From the NCBI GenBank assembly GCA_951406725.2, contig OX597819.1, positions 83,080,001-83,144,000 of the forward strand: 64,000 bases of DNA. The letters run 5' to 3'. Positions 40,868-55,887 of this stretch are shown here, piece after piece. How positions within the stretch are numbered: the stretch's first letter is position 1; each line of letters starts with the position of its first letter. The DNA comes from Octopus vulgaris. Its lineage: Eukaryota. Position numbers and translations under genes: made by a program. Below the pieces are notes generated by a model. It had not been told where the DNA came from and searched no databases. It worked only from the letters and a program-made list of their open reading frames with translations.

Positions 40868-40915
<48 letters not shown>

Positions 40916-40916
40916 A

Positions 40917-41440
<524 letters not shown>

Positions 41441-41526
41441 TCGAAACGTGCGTATCTATATAAATACGAACTTATCTGCTATACTTTCAAATTATGTCAT
41501 TGCTTTTATTTTTGTTATCTTTATAG

Positions 41527-41596
41527 CGGAAGACGTCCAAGGTTGTAAAACAACTAGCATTCAGATTTGTAAGGGTACTAACTCAAATTCATGCAG
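41527..41596 (+). CDS. Exon 4 (type A): (T)EDVQGCKTTSIQICKGTNSNSC
   Basis: Acceptor ttgttatctttatag|CG, donor CAG|GTAAGA, 70 nt, three Cys. Confidence 0.82.
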
Positions 41597-41649
41597 GTAA
41601 GATTAAATTCAATATCCGAATTGTCATGTATTTCATGTAAGTTAGGATG

Positions 41650-42528
41650 ATATTGAACTTATATCGCTGTATGTGGAAAAACACCTTTCATCTTGAAACT
41701 AAAGATAGCCGTTTTTCTTCTAGCGCTGACTCGCAGCAGATCTCTTTTGTTATCGTTTGAGTTTAAAAGTTCACAGTAGACTATTATATCTCGCCAAGCA
41801 GATAACAACACCTTCCGTAGGTAAAGACCATTAGCCTGGAGTGCCAGTGTTTTTCCTTTCCCTAACCACTGTCTTCGGTGCTTGACATTTTTATAGAGAA
41901 CCCATTTCTTGTCACCAGACACTATTCGGTCTAAAAAAGTTTCATTCGTGAGACGTAACCGCAAAGAAGAGCACACATTCACTCCCTGCGCACGATTAGA
42001 GACGGAAAGTTTGTGAGGAACCCATTGACTCAATTTGCAGGTGTCGATAAATGACTGAATGAGCAAATCCAACCTTCTCTGCTAGTTCCTCAACAGTTAC
42101 GATGGGATTTTGTTCCACCAGAGTTTGCAGGACATCCTCGTCGAGCTCTACAGCTCTTCTAGGGTGAGGCTCATCTTCTAGGCTGTAGTTTCCAGCTCGG
42201 AATTTCTGGAACCACCGTTGACACTGGCTTACGCTTATTGTCCGATCCCCATATACTGCATTAATATTCCTTGTGCTTTCCGTTGCGTTGTTGCCTTTAT
42301 TGAACTCATAAAGCAAAATATGCCGAATATGCTCCTTTGTCACTTCCATTATAGCTTTGAAATAATAACTGTTAAAATCGAACTACACTCTTCAAAACTT
42401 GTACTAAGAATAAGCAAAAGGTCAAATTACTACCTATTTTCATAGCCAGTTGATGCAAGTAATTTAATCCCCCCCCCCCCCGTCCGACTTTTAGTTCATG
42501 CAATTGAAAAAACCGCATTATTTATGAG
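41650..42528 (-). mobile_element. Mariner 5' two-thirds, frameshifted
   Basis: HIRHILLYEF...RWFQKFRAGNYSLEDEP, WVPHKLS, IVSGDKKWVLY; TIR remnant cataaataatgcggttttt. Confidence 0.85.
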
Positions 42529-42999
42529 AAAGCACTATGAGATGATCTGAAAGTAAACAATAACAGTACTTACTCCTATATAAACATAATACATGTTTTA
42601 CCTTAGCTTACGCTACAAGACACTGCAGCTTGGAAATCATATGGTTTTTGGTACCTTCCAACAATACCGCTGCCTCTAAAATGCCAAGTAACATTGATGT
42701 TATCAAGAAACGTTTGGATTCATTTGGGTATAATCATGCTTTTATTGTTATCCATGCGAACATCTCACGAAACCGCCTAATATTGTAATTATGTAACATG
42801 AATTTATTTTTACTATTTTCTAAGGTGTTTCTCTTTGTTCTCAGTTGCTTTTCTCCTCCATGTCTCTGCCTTATTTAAAAGGAAGCACTAGTTGCTTCTC
42901 TCTCTTTCTCTCCCTCCCGTCTTTCTCTCTCTCTCACTCTGGAATTTGCCAATGATACGTCTAATACAAGCCGCGTATATAGGATATTGTGGATCTATA

Positions 43000-44510
43000 T
43001 CAAGCATGGGAACCCCTCTCGATAAATGGGCTGCGTGAGACATCCTTCAACATGACAAAAAGTATCGAAGTAATATTTGTTTAGGCGAGCCATTTAGAAA
43101 GCTCCGTAGGCCGTAAGTTTTTCATGTCGACTGCATTTTTTCTTTGATTGCATCGTCTTCCATGCAGCGTCAACGAATGTCAGCGGGCGAATGACCACCT
43201 TGCCAATTTTCCCTTTATATACTCGCCGGTAGGCTCCGGTAGCCAGCGCCAGCTAACTGTCACAATCTGAGCTTCAACAGCCCGCATCGACTGACTGTCA
43301 CGTGACATAGTCTACTGACCAATGGAGGGGAAGGGCGCGTGGTTTTGGCCTGCACCCTCTCTAAGCCTTCCAACAGAGTCGTGTGAGTTTCAGCTCCAAC
43401 GGCTCGAGCCGACTAGTTGTCTCGTGGTACAATCCTTCGAACTATCGGGGAGGAGGGCGTGCAATGAACGAGATGGTTCCCTCGGCCCAGCCGTCAAGCT
43501 GCAACGCTGAGTACATGCCAACCAGTCTCACCTGGCTACGCTATCTCTCAGTCGGCATATTATGGCTTTCGAGCCATTTCGTGTCGCTTCGTTTCAGCCA
43601 TATATAGAAGCTAGCCTTGTTGACTGCCTCTTGTATCTTCCTTGTTACTTTTCTCAGTTCTGTACCTTGAAAATGCAAATCTTCTTTTAAAGAACGTCAC
43701 TACTAGGTGGTAATACTCGATAGTCCACCCCTATTTCTCGCACTCTTCGATTAATTTTTCATACCGCCTCTCTTTCCGTTGCTCCGCATGTTCTCTTCCC
43801 GCGGCACTGTCAGTTATAGCAAAATTCCAACTTTCCGGTCTGTATTCCATAAGATTAAGTCTGGTCTTTTTGTTGTTTTTATGAGTGGACATATTAATAA
43901 TCTTTCCAGCTCTCAGTATCCTTTCCATATTTCACCTGTCTCGTATACTTTTTTTGAAGGCCTAGATTTATATCCTTTTCCCTTCTTCTTGAAGTATATT
44001 CTTCAGTGTTTTTTCACTTTTGGGTGCTCATCCCAATTCTATCTCTCGATCTTCCCCTTGATTGGTGCACTTACGACACCGAGGACTTGGTTGTGATGCC
44101 ATGTATATCTGTCTAGTGCTAGCCTGCAGTTTGACAGAACATGTCTCACCGTCGCTTTCTCTCCGCATCTACAGTCATCAGTCGTTTGTAGGTTCCACCG
44201 GACTAAACTAGACTGTGATGGCAAAACGTCGAAGGTAGACTTGATCAGAAAGGATGTTCTTGCTTGTTCCCAAGTCCAAAGTTCCTTCCAAGGGATTCTA
44301 TGACTGACCACATATTCCTTCCTCTCTTTTACACTGCTCATGCACAATTATTTGAAATTTTGCAACCCTTGACCGGCTCTTGCCTATTGCGTCGCTTCGA
44401 CTATATCGGCGTGCCTTAGCTTTCCGATCGCACTATTTACTGCTTCTTCCGCTTTCCATTTCTTCCCTGTTCCTACCTCTGGGGGTTTTTCTTGGATATG
44501 CCAGATATCC
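43000..44510 (-). mobile_element. 3' part of a Hero-like (RLE-type) non-LTR retrotransposon with GC-richer 3' UTR
   Basis: WKELWTWEQARTSFLIKSTFDVLP...CRCG...HVLSNC..ALDRYTWHHNQVL and AEQRKERRYEKLIEEC. The UTR boundary is approximate. Confidence 0.75.
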
Positions 44511-44518
44511 CTGCCATA

Positions 44519-44580
<62 letters not shown>

Positions 44581-44718
44581 GAGAATTTACAAAAAAAAAA
44601 CAAAAGACGAAGATGACTGTATAAACAATAAACAGATGTATTAGTTTAACGTTCGGGAAGTGAAAAAGTCTTTTAGGTTAAGACAGAAAGGAATACAGAA
44701 ATAAACAGGGAGAGAACA

Positions 44719-44794
<76 letters not shown>

Positions 44795-45266
44795 AGGAAG
44801 AGTGGAAAGTTCTGTATACACGTGGGATAGGTATATAAGAAAGAAAAGAAATGTAAGAGTCACAGAAAGTTTGAGTAATAAAATTTATGGTGACATTAGG
44901 ATCATATTACATCATTACATCATTACAAATTAAATAAGTACCGGTTTCACGATAAACGACTGTCAACTTATATAGAGAAAACTTTTTGGGCTGTCAGTAG
45001 GACGCCATCTTTGAAAAAAACTAAACAGAGATGAAGCAATATGTCAAGGGGAGCAACTCTTATTTTTTCACGAAGCTCTTCAGTGTTTTTGGCAAGCATG
45101 CAGTTACTGGAGTTATTTCATTTTATACAGAGTTAATTATATTACCGTACTAGGTTTTAAAGATTAAGCAGTAATTTGTGAATGAGTGTATGTGCATATA
45201 TTTTATGCTCTAACATCTCATTTTCTCTCTTGTGTAATATATATATGTACACACATACACATACAA

Positions 45267-45299
<33 letters not shown>

Positions 45300-45487
45300 C
45301 ACTTATATACACGCACACGTAAGTATGAACAGTAATTTATACCTAAAAGTTGTGGTTGGCATATATATATATATAACTTTTTTGTATATGTTGAAATTCC
45401 ATAATTGAATAAAATAAATCAGTCCAATAGAAAATGAAAATGAACGATAAAGCAATTACCAAGGTATGAATACTTTCTCCATAAGAG

Positions 45488-45558
<71 letters not shown>

Positions 45559-46149
45559 CATACTGCAGAGAATTCTCTCCATCAACTTTGAGATGCATCC
45601 ACATTATATAACTGAATTATTGCGCTTGGGGTGACATTTGAAATAGCTGTGATTTTTATAAGGGGATAATTCTTGAAGTTATTAGTTCAAGGAAGGATTG
45701 TACGAAGAGTTTAGAGCAGTATGTGAAGGGACATGGCGCATTGCACAAAACAAATGGAATATAATGGGATGTGTCGAATGCACTTGGATAAAGGAGGATA
45801 TGTAAGCAGTTTAAAAGAACAGAAGCTGAGGGAGAGATAGAAGAAACAAAGTAGAGAAAAATGTTTGTCAGCTAGTGATTATAGGCTTTCTGAATAAACC
45901 CTTTATGATTGTTGCTGTCGTTTGTCCGCAACCAGTTCTGATCGAGCAGACTTAGCTATGATCTCCCCATTTCTTTTCATAGACATGCACATACACACAC
46001 ACATCCACATACACACACATTCACACACACATACACACGTGTGTATGTATATATATATGTATGTTTTCTTTTTCTCTTGAGTTTCGAGTAAATTTTCATA
46101 GCAACTTTCTTGGTAGCAAGGTTGCAAAGGAAAGCATCTTGCTGTGTTC

Positions 46150-46560
46150 ATCATCCTTCAATTCTTAAGAAAGTCTTGCAGATTTTTAAAGTCTCGGATA
46201 TGTAGATCATTTGTAGTGCAATAATTAAGGAGTTGTGTTTTCGCCCTAAGATTCAAAGTTCAGCAATACTTTGCTCTAGGCGGTGTGGCGTCTATCCTCT
46301 GGCTCCAATAATGACAGGTATGAATAATAGATATGAAGTCCAAAGTGTATCTTGTGTGCTACATTTGCAAACTCCTTTTCAATAGTTTGTAGAAGTCTTC
46401 TTACTCCTGTGTTTTGTTAACCACTTTAGTGCCCAAAGCACGGCTGGTTTCCATGACAGAGGATATATTTTCTTTGTGATCGCACATAACAGTATCTGGC
46501 CGGTTGCGTTTTAACTTGGTGATCGTTTTAATTCTCAAGGTCCACCAATATTCTTTAATA
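46150..46560 (-). mobile_element. RLE-type non-LTR 3' remnant
   Basis: EYWW..IKT..KRNRPDTV...ETS, then IPVIIGA...LKICKTF. Confidence 0.65.
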
Positions 46561-46937
46561 TTCTTTTGAGTCATCCTTGCAGATATGAATATGTGTGTGT
46601 ATGTGTCTGTGTTTGCGGGGCGGGATGCGTGTATGTGTGCGCGCACGCGTGTTTGTGTATACAATGCCTTTGTATACAATGCCAATACGTCCGCCTTTTT
46701 CTTAAGACAGCAGGATGTGAATTGAGAGAAACTGGCTGTTATTTCTGATAGATGAAGCAACATCATAGAGCTTCCCTCGCCTAATTGACTAGTCCTTTTA
46801 GAAGTTATCTAAGGTGTGTGTAACAACAGCTCCACTTCAAATACGTCAGTAGTAATACAATTACAGTCTTATTGATGTATGTATGTATGTATATATGTAC
46901 GTGTGGTGGGTATCTGTGTTAATATAATTATATAGGA

Positions 46938-47152
46938 AAGCGGCGAATTGGCAGAAACGTTAGCATGCCGGGCGAAATGATTAACGGTGTTTCGTCTGTT
47001 TTTACATTCGGAGTTCAAGTTCTGCCGAGATCGATTTTCCTTTCATCATTTCGGAGTCGATAAATTAAGTACCAGTTACGTACTGAGGTCGATCTAACAG
47101 ACTGGGCCCCTCCCTCAAAATTTCGTGCCTTGTGCCTAGAGTAGAAAAGAAT
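46938..47152 (+). mobile_element. SINE family A, full length
   Basis: aaagcggcgaattggcagaaacgttagc...gagttcaagttc...tagagtagaaaagaat. Confidence 0.8.
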
Positions 47153-48156
47153 ATAATTATATAGGAATGTATAATTTAGAATTTATTTAAAGCAAAGATT
47201 CTCAACCCATTTTGACCCTTAGAGTCATAAATGCCCCCACCCCCTAGAAAATATTTTATTTTGAAATATACTACTTATTTTGATATCAGCATATAATGGT
47301 TAAAAAATAAAGGACATCGTTTTACATATGCGCTTGTACGCAATCGGGAGTGCAGATGTAGAAACTGAGAAGCAATAAAAAAAAAAACAAATAATAAATT
47401 GAAAGTTTGGTAATTGCGTTTATTTACACTACGCGACACTTATGAAATCAACGAGTTGTCTATCGAAAGAGTTGTCTTTAGTACAAGTAAATGCCAATGA
47501 AATCATTTCAAACCTTTCCAATTTCCCTTATCAAAACGGCTAGAACTTGTGCAACAATCTGACATATAAGTTATTGTCACCCGGGAAGAGGAATTTTATG
47601 CTCAAGAAAGAGAGTGCATTTAATAGAAATTGTTGAAATACATATGTACTTTATATGAGTAGTGAATTGTGGAGGATGGTATTCACTGTACTTGGATCTA
47701 GTTAGTTTGAGTCACAAAATCAGCCCCCTTTGAAAATGACGTAAAAAATTCTGAAAATTTATATTAAACATTCATTTCTTATTCAGGATCTAGTTTGTTT
47801 CATTCACAAAATTTGCATTTTTTAAAAAGAATTTTTAAAAATCTGAAAATTGGTTATATTGATGCAGTTTCCCACACTTATTCCTGTGAAACCATGAACT
47901 TCTGGAGAAAAATTTTGACACACTCACAATTGTTTTTAATTCGTGATTTTAATATACGGACAGTCCGAATCTACCATTCGTTTCTCTTTATAGTTTCCAA
48001 ATAATTTTTTAAATACTTCAAAATCAAAATTGCGTAAATGTGTGTGCCAGAAACAGTAGTTAAAAATTAAGGAAATACATTTTTGAGAGATCTTTTATTA
48101 TGACTTTCTTTTATTCCATTATTCTAACATCTGAAACTTACACATAGACATATCTT

Positions 48157-48476
48157 ACTCCGCCGGTTACGACGACGAGGGTCCCAGCTGATACGATCAA
48201 CGGAACAGCTTGCTCGTGAAATTAACGTGCAAATGGCTGAGCATTCCACAGACACGTGTACCCTTAACGTAGTTCTCGGGGATAATCAGCGTGACACAGA
48301 GAGTGACAAGGCTGACCCTTTGAAATACAAGTACAACTCATTTTTGCCAGCTGAGTGGACTGGAGCAACGTGAAATAAAGTGTCTTGCTCAAGGACACAA
48401 CGCGTCGCCGGGAATCGAACTCACAACCTTACGATCATGAGCCGAATGCCCTAACCACTAAGCCACGCGCCCTCAC
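48157..48476 (-). mobile_element. tRNA/CORE-headed SINE with a family B 3' body and 12-bp TSD
   Basis: A box TGGCTTAGTGG, B box GAGTTCGATTCC, CORE-like ccttgagcaagacacttt. ACATAGACATAT at 48142-48153 and 48478-48489. Confidence 0.88.
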
Positions 48477-48731
48477 TACATAGACATATAAATATATACA
48501 CATGCACATACATACAGAGTTAGTTTTATATACATCTTTGTGTATATATAAATATTTCGGCATATCTACACAATTGTGACCCAAAGATTTGCTTCTTCAT
48601 AACCTCGAGAAAATTAGATATTTCTTTTCTTCAAATATACTTCAGATCGTGTAGATTCCGATTAAATTGGAATTCATTGTGAAAACCATTTGCCCCCTAA
48701 AGTTTTAGAAAATTCTCACCATTAGGGTTTG

Positions 48732-48817
<86 letters not shown>

Positions 48818-49374
48818 GTGTGTGTGTGTATACGTAGGTATATACTTATTGTTTTAATTATATCTTTATACATGCACATACACATAAAAAACTGGCACAC
48901 CGTCGGTTACGACAATCACAAGTATCCGAAACTTCTTCACCAACATAATTTTTCCTCTTAAGAAGAAGGCTTTCGTCTACTTAGACTATATGTCGTACCA
49001 CTGTACGGCTGTCTGTCTGCTAATATTGTTGATGGATATGCAGCATGTCACTGGCATTTCACATATAAAGTCCAGGATTATGTGAAAAAGCGTGAAGGCG
49101 GTCAGTTGACTTTCTTCCATAAAAGTATTAAAAAACTATCTGGAAATTATAAAGAGAAATGGATGGTAGATTCGGACTGGCCGTATTTTAAAACCACGAA
49201 TTAAAAAAAATTGGTGGGGTGTTGCATAATCATACCAATTCCATTATGCAGAAGACAGAATCGAAAAAAAATTGTAAAAATTCATAAAAATAAAGAAGTT
49301 ATAAGAGGTTTTAGCATGTGCTTACATCATAATTCCTCCCATTCATATACATAGTTTTTCTTTTTCTTTTAGCG

Positions 49375-49730
49375 GCACTCCGTCAGTTACAACGACGAGG
49401 GTTCCAATAGATCCAATCAAGGGAACAGCCTGCTCGTCAAATTAACGCATAAGTGGCTGAGCACTTCACAGACACGTGTACTATTAACGTATTTCTCGGG
49501 GAGATACAGCGTGACACAGAGTGTAACAAGGCTGACCTTTTGAAATACAGGTACAACAGACACAAGAAGAAAGAGTGAGAGAAAGAGTATAGCAGGGTTA
49601 GTCACCATCACCTGCCGGAGTCTCGTAGAGCTTTAGATATTTTCGCTCACAACGCTCAGTCTGGGAATCAAAACCGCGATTTTATGACCGCGAGTTCACT
49701 ACCTCAAACACTGGGCTATTGCGCCTCCAC
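49375..49730 (-). mobile_element. SINE family B copy
   Basis: Colinear with 22738-23110, more diverged. Confidence 0.82.
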
Positions 49731-49739
49731 AATATATGT

Positions 49740-49775
<36 letters not shown>

Positions 49776-50209
49776 AGAGTCTGCTTCTCCTTTCGTTGTT
49801 TACTTATACACATCAACAAATAAGCGAATGAAGTACTGTATGTGTGGTTGTTCAATTTGCTAGAAATAACAACCAAATCTCCCTCACAGTATGCTCTTGT
49901 TAGTATTAAAGAAAGGGAAAATGTTTAATCCTCTCCATCATTACGATTGAAATTAATATTTTTGATTTGTTCGGCTCTATGAATTTATTTATTTTTTAAA
50001 TGCTTCCGTCCAATGCTTGATACAGGAAAATCCTGACAAAAACAGAGAAATTCTAACTTAACAAAAAGTATATAAAGTATATAAAAAGAAAGAAAAGGTT
50101 CTGTTTTCCAAAGCTAAAAGATGTGTTTTTAACTGTTCAGAACATAAGACTTACCACGTTATCTGGTGTATGGCTGCAGTTCAAAATGGGTACAAAACAT
50201 GTGTGTGTA

Positions 50210-50273
<64 letters not shown>

Positions 50274-51028
50274 TGGTTGGTTGGTTGGTTGGGTCTTTCA
50301 TAGCCAGGAGCCAACTTAAGTTCAATCGCAGAAAGGAATTCAAAATGGTAACACACGCAATCATATACATACAAACATACCCATACATACACTCACATAC
50401 ACAAATACATACCTATCAGCCACTACCAAAAGCCAGTTTTATCCAAAATTCTGACCACCATTCTTTATATATTTGCACACAAATACATACACATTCAGCT
50501 TTTCGCTTTTATTCATTATTTTTTTCTTTTAGTCGTCTGTCACCAGTCATCTGTTTTTCGTTTTTGTTTTTGTTTTGGGGTTTCGCTTTAGCGACACACG
50601 TTACACAGAATCTGCTTGGTGTCGTCAAAGAGGAAAAAGTATTTTTTAAGTTTTTGGAAATTTGAAACAAAAAGGAAAAGTTCTTTTTTAAATTCAGTGT
50701 CCTGGAGACGTGAAAAATGGCTACTACTCATTAATTTCAAATTAATCTTACTAAAGTTGAGGGACTTCCAGTGCCACCTCGCACCCCCAAGTCTCTTAAC
50801 GCCCCCTAGTGCCCCTTTGCCCCAAAAGGCCCCTCGAGTTCCAAATAGCTCCCGTGGTGGGTAGGGGCATATGCCTACTCCATCCGTTGAGAACCTTTGA
50901 TTTATAGCATACAAATGTAGACCTTAGCAATTCGATAACGTGTGATTAGAGATGCATAAAACATGTTACTTTTGTGTTTTGTTGATGTAAAATTTTGAAT
51001 GGTAATTTAAATATCTTTACTTTTTTAG

Positions 51029-51120
51029 TGACCTTAAAAGCATGAAACAATGTTTGTATCAACAAGACTGTACCAAGCATTTTCAACTGTTGGACAAGTA
51101 CTACACCAATGGTTGTCTTA
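51029..51120 (+). CDS. Exon 5 (type B): (S)DLKSMKQCLYQQDCTKHFQLLDKYYTNGCL
   Basis: Pyrimidine-rich acceptor ...ttttttag|T, donor TTA|GTAAGT, 92 nt, three Cys. Confidence 0.82.
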
Positions 51121-51954
51121 GTAAGTTCTCTTATCTAACACTTTCAAAGTTATTCTTATCAATCAATCAATCAAAAAATCTCCAACGTTGTAAGCTCGCA
51201 ATACGTCTGTTCGGATGATTCTCCTGAGTCACCATCTCACCCGTGTACTCCAATCTGTCACAAGGTTGCTATTTATAGCTAAGTCGACAGGAAATGAACT
51301 GATTTGCTCAAGAATACAACGCACGGCTAGTCTATGAATTGAAACCACGATCTAACTATCGTGATTACAATGCCCTAACCATTAGGCCACGCACCTTCAA
51401 AAAAAGGGGTGGTATACCATTCAAATAAAATCATAAATTATTATTCCAAAATCAAAAAGAAAACACTTGGCATATTTTCATTTTGTTTTTGACTACTATA
51501 CGGAGATCAATATAATAGTTTTAGAAATAACTTGATTTTGAATGATTTAACTATTATCACTTCGAAATTTCTTTCGTTTTAACACTTGTTAATTAAGCAT
51601 TTGTGTATTTGCTACGATATGCAGATTTCTAATTATTACTGTTACACATTCATATGTATGTGTTTGCGTATGCCAAACCACATCCCCACTCTTGGCACTA
51701 TTTGTTAGTGAACAGTACAAAGTGTGTGTAAAGTATATAATGTATTACTACGCTGTAATGTAGTCGTCCGTGTATCAAGTAATGAAAATAAACACGTAAA
51801 CAATAACAATGGTTTTCATAAGGTTGTCTTTCCCATTAGAACCCAAACTACACATAACAATTACTAATTCTAAAATTTCCTCTTATATTATTTCAGTATA
51901 CCACTTAAGTGTGCCTTATTTTATACTTTTCTTTATGGTCTTAATTTTTTTTAG

Positions 51955-52030
51955 AAACTAATTGTAACTCGAGTGATGTAACTGCATGTGATAGATCACC
52001 AACAAATACGGAAAAAAACGCTGAATGTCG
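51955..52030 (+). CDS. Exon 6 (type A): (K)TNCNSSDVTACDRSPTNTEKNAEC
   Basis: Poly-T acceptor ...ttttag|AA, donor TCG|GTAAGT, 76 nt, three Cys, N-glycosylation sequon NSS. Confidence 0.85.
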
Positions 52031-53055
52031 GTAAGTGAATTAATACATTTAAGCATCTAACTAAATGAATATATGTTGTATACATGTAGATAAAAGGGAA
52101 AACAAGAAGTTTGCATTGATACAAAAGCATAAATTTATAACGCTGAGATATAGTCAACTGAAAAGACATCAGACTATTTCTTTATACCGAATCTAGATGA
52201 GAGAATTTTAATTTGGGACACTTGATTCCTCATAACAATGGCGACGTTATGTGCATGCGTGCATGTGAGTGTGAGAGATGGTGTTAGCCTATATTACTCT
52301 TCTTTATTCTTTTGGTAACAATATTCGAGCACCACCTTATATAATTTAGATATGTATACTCAAACACTTATAATTATATATAACAATTAAAATCAATTAT
52401 TATTTATGATATTTATATAAAATCTTATATATTACACAATTCACAAGAATATATTTTCAATAGCCAGAGATATAATTAGTTCAAACAGCAACAACCACAG
52501 ACCCTAATATTCAATTTATTCATTATAATGCAATTATTTAAATAACATGTAGTTAGAAATATAAATAATAATAGTATCAATTATTGATACTGTTTCTAGT
52601 GCCATTTTCCTTTCTTTAGTTAGGTTTTGCTGAATTTAGAGAGTGTGACATTACTGTTTCGAGCTGCATTCCTTACAGTGACGCCGACTTGAGTGGAATT
52701 GCATATGGTAGAGTACCTAGATCCTTCTTTGATATATATTTATATCCACTTGAAACAAAGTTTTCAATTTCTTTGGTAAAATGTCGAAAAGCTTGGAGCA
52801 CACAAGCTCTAAGTTGTTACACTCTTGTGGTTCTGATTTCTATGGTGAGAAAAAAACCAATACAACCGAAGAATAGCATTGAATGAGGATTACATTAAAC
52901 TAGAAAGAGATTTTAAAACAATACAAAGAAATGCATGTTACTAAAAATCCACCATCTCTCTTCCCGCTTCTTCTCTCCTCTCTATCACGTGTCTTCACTC
53001 TTGATCTCATATATATTCTTATTTGTTTCATTAATTATGTAACAGCAGCAGCAGC

Positions 53056-53089
<34 letters not shown>

Positions 53090-54362
53090 ATTTGTTGCAG
53101 TGCAGTATAATATAGTAGTAGTAAAGTTTAGTTATGGAAGATAACATTTGCACACGATTACTTTTGGATTTTAATTCCAACGCTTTTTATTATTTAGTTG
53201 AGGGGTGATGATAAAACGCATAACGCTTGTAGACCCCACGAAACACGATATCAATATAGTTGATATTAAACCGTGAGTCTCTTCAGAATAAACTCAGATT
53301 AAATTTCAACGTTTTCTTTGGGAAGATGAATAGTGAGTACATTATATAGGGATGGGTTGGGGCACATTCAATTAATTGCGTGTTTATGAAATGGAAGTAA
53401 ATACATGCAGATGGATAAAGAATACGCATATATGTATATACAACGTACAAGCCTATTCACACGCACGCAAGCGCACACACTATTACTCTTTCTGTGTGTG
53501 CACATACATACATGCATGCATGCATACCTACATATACACAATACACACACACACCCATAAACACTGTTCATCTCATCACTCGCTTCGCACACACACCTTC
53601 CCACTCCACACACTAGCACCGACCACTTCTCAGTACCCACACCACACACCTATACACAATCTTCAATAGCGTCACCACACATACCACTATACGAGCAGCC
53701 AAACGTCCTTTTTAACTCAGACAACATATACCCACAACATGCAGCAAACATAAACACACGCAACACGCACAGACAAAGATAACTTTCACCGATAAAACAT
53801 ACACTATACACATGCACAATATTTGGTCACTCATATATGCACATGTGCACACACCACTTGAAAAACACACACACGCGTCAGACTTACTCGCTCCCTTACA
53901 CTTGTACAAACATACATACTCACACACACCATTCTCACATACACACACACACATGCTTGCGCGCCTTAGTTCGTTGGGATCACCATTATTATCTCCATTT
54001 CTTTCGACCTCTTTTTCCCAGTCATCACGCCATGTTGGATCGCTGAACTCTATAGCTTTTCTCTCCGTTTTATTCCATAGTCTCTCCATTACTAGTTGTT
54101 CCGACACTTGTCTTCATCTTTTTCTGTAAATTTGAACTATATATATATATTTAAACTACATACATACATACATACATACATACATACATACATACATACA
54201 TACATACATACATACATACATAGACACGTATATAGGTTTCTTTTTATAAGATGAGTTCGTCTCGCAACTCGTGTATGTGTGTGTATATTTACATAAGTGT
54301 GTATGTGCGTGCGCGCGTGCGTTGTGTGTGTGTGTTTCTGTTTGTGTGTATATGTGTGTGTA

Positions 54363-54400
<38 letters not shown>

Positions 54401-54571
54401 TGTGTGTGTGTGTGTGTCTGTGTGTGTGCACAAACTGTAGATAAGTTCAAATATGTTTGAAACATATACGAACCTGTTAGGGATTTTCACTGCAGCTTTC
54501 AAAAGAGAAAAGTTTTTGCATAAGATGAAAAAAAAAGGCGTAAGAACACCGTTGTCTGCTCAGAACGTCCT

Positions 54572-54615
54572 CTATGGGATGTGTTTCGAACGCTTTAGTT
54601 CTCTTCAGCATTAGA
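54572..54615 (-). ncRNA. Degenerate minimal hammerhead-like motif
   Basis: CTGAAGA-GAAC-TAAAGC-GTTC-GAAAC-ACATC; the stem III is consistent with CpG decay of GAAACGCGTC. Confidence 0.5.
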
Positions 54616-55089
54616 AACCAAGGAGATAACACTGAACTAACTGAGAAGCTTTGCCTTCTTTATCAGAAATCTGTGAATATTATTTAAAGATTGTGTACGT
54701 TTTTTTTTAGAACATAGTGCATATTTATCACTGTATTATTCAATATAACTTAAACGAGAATTATTTTCTACAACAAACTGGAGTAAAAAGAGGTTGCAGA
54801 TTCAAATATGTGCCAAACATTTTTAAAGGAATCAAAAGATTATTTACTGTCATTACTTCGTATACCTATTGACATTTAGTATTGTTATTTGAGTGATCAG
54901 AATACAACAGTTAAGACGGTTACAATTATTACACCAACGAAAAATCCATCCATATCAAAACAAACTGATTTATGTTTCAAAACATTTTATGAATCTCGGT
55001 AGTCGTTCAATAAAACTTCAGGTAGAATTTTTCTTTTGTAAAAGGTTATTCCAAATAAACAATAAATATGCTCTTGGATAAATATATAC

Positions 55090-55177
<88 letters not shown>

Positions 55178-55224
55178 GTATGTAGATATATATAACATTT
55201 AGTCATACTTTTACTCTCCATCAG

Positions 55225-55331
55225 GAATCTGGATTTTGAATATTTATGCGTTTTGGGGAGACAAAGTTATACTAACAACATATGTAAAATGCCAACTGAA
55301 TGGCAAAAAAAATACGACGACAATGATTGCG
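55225..55331 (+). CDS. Exon 7 (type B): (R)[35 protein letters not shown]
   Basis: Acceptor ttactctccatcag|G, donor GCG|GTAAGT, 107 nt, three Cys. Confidence 0.85.
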
Positions 55332-55584
55332 GTAAGTAACATCTTTTTTAAAGCAAAATTTAGAAAAGTACAGCGGTATTGTTTAATGAATACTGTTTAA
55401 GGCTTTCTTCTCTTACGTTCACTATTCTTTATCGTTGTTGTTCAATGGAGATGGACTTTATGTGCATGTAACTGTGGATTGATAATGAAAGCAAATCAAT
55501 ACGGGGAAAAACACAAAATAGATTTGGGTATACTGGATAAGCGAAACCAATATGTATATGCTTAAAAGTCAGTCACTAAATATC

Positions 55585-55795
55585 GAGCTAGGAGAATCGA
55601 TAGCGCATCGGACAAAATGCTCTGCAGCATTTCTCCTGTCTCTACGTTCTGGGTTCAAATTCCACCGAACTCGACATGTTTCTTCATTCTTTCGACGTCA
55701 ATAAAATAATTAACAGCCCAGTACAGGAGATGATGTAATCGGCTTGTCCTCTCTCCTCAAAATTGCTGGCCTTATGCAAAAATTAGAAAGAATAA
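55585..55795 (+). mobile_element. SINE family A, diverged
   Basis: cgagctaggagaatcgatagc...gttctgggttcaaattcc...ggccttatgcaaaaattagaaagaat. Confidence 0.65.
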
Positions 55796-55887
55796 TTATA
55801 GCTTCTTATTATAACTGAACAGACTAATTTTATGAAATTATTATGTTAGCATTGAAGAAAGGTACTTTTCTTAATAGAAAACATATA

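Noticed and set aside
42607-42690. Possible exon ending LKCQ|gtaaca
   Set aside because: Phase 0-0 and its Cys pattern do not fit the module structure; weak donor.
54711-55000. Coding-looking stretch (MCQTFLKESK...[10 protein letters not shown]) after a poly-T acceptor
   Set aside because: Stops in all frames; exons 6 and 7 already join in phase.
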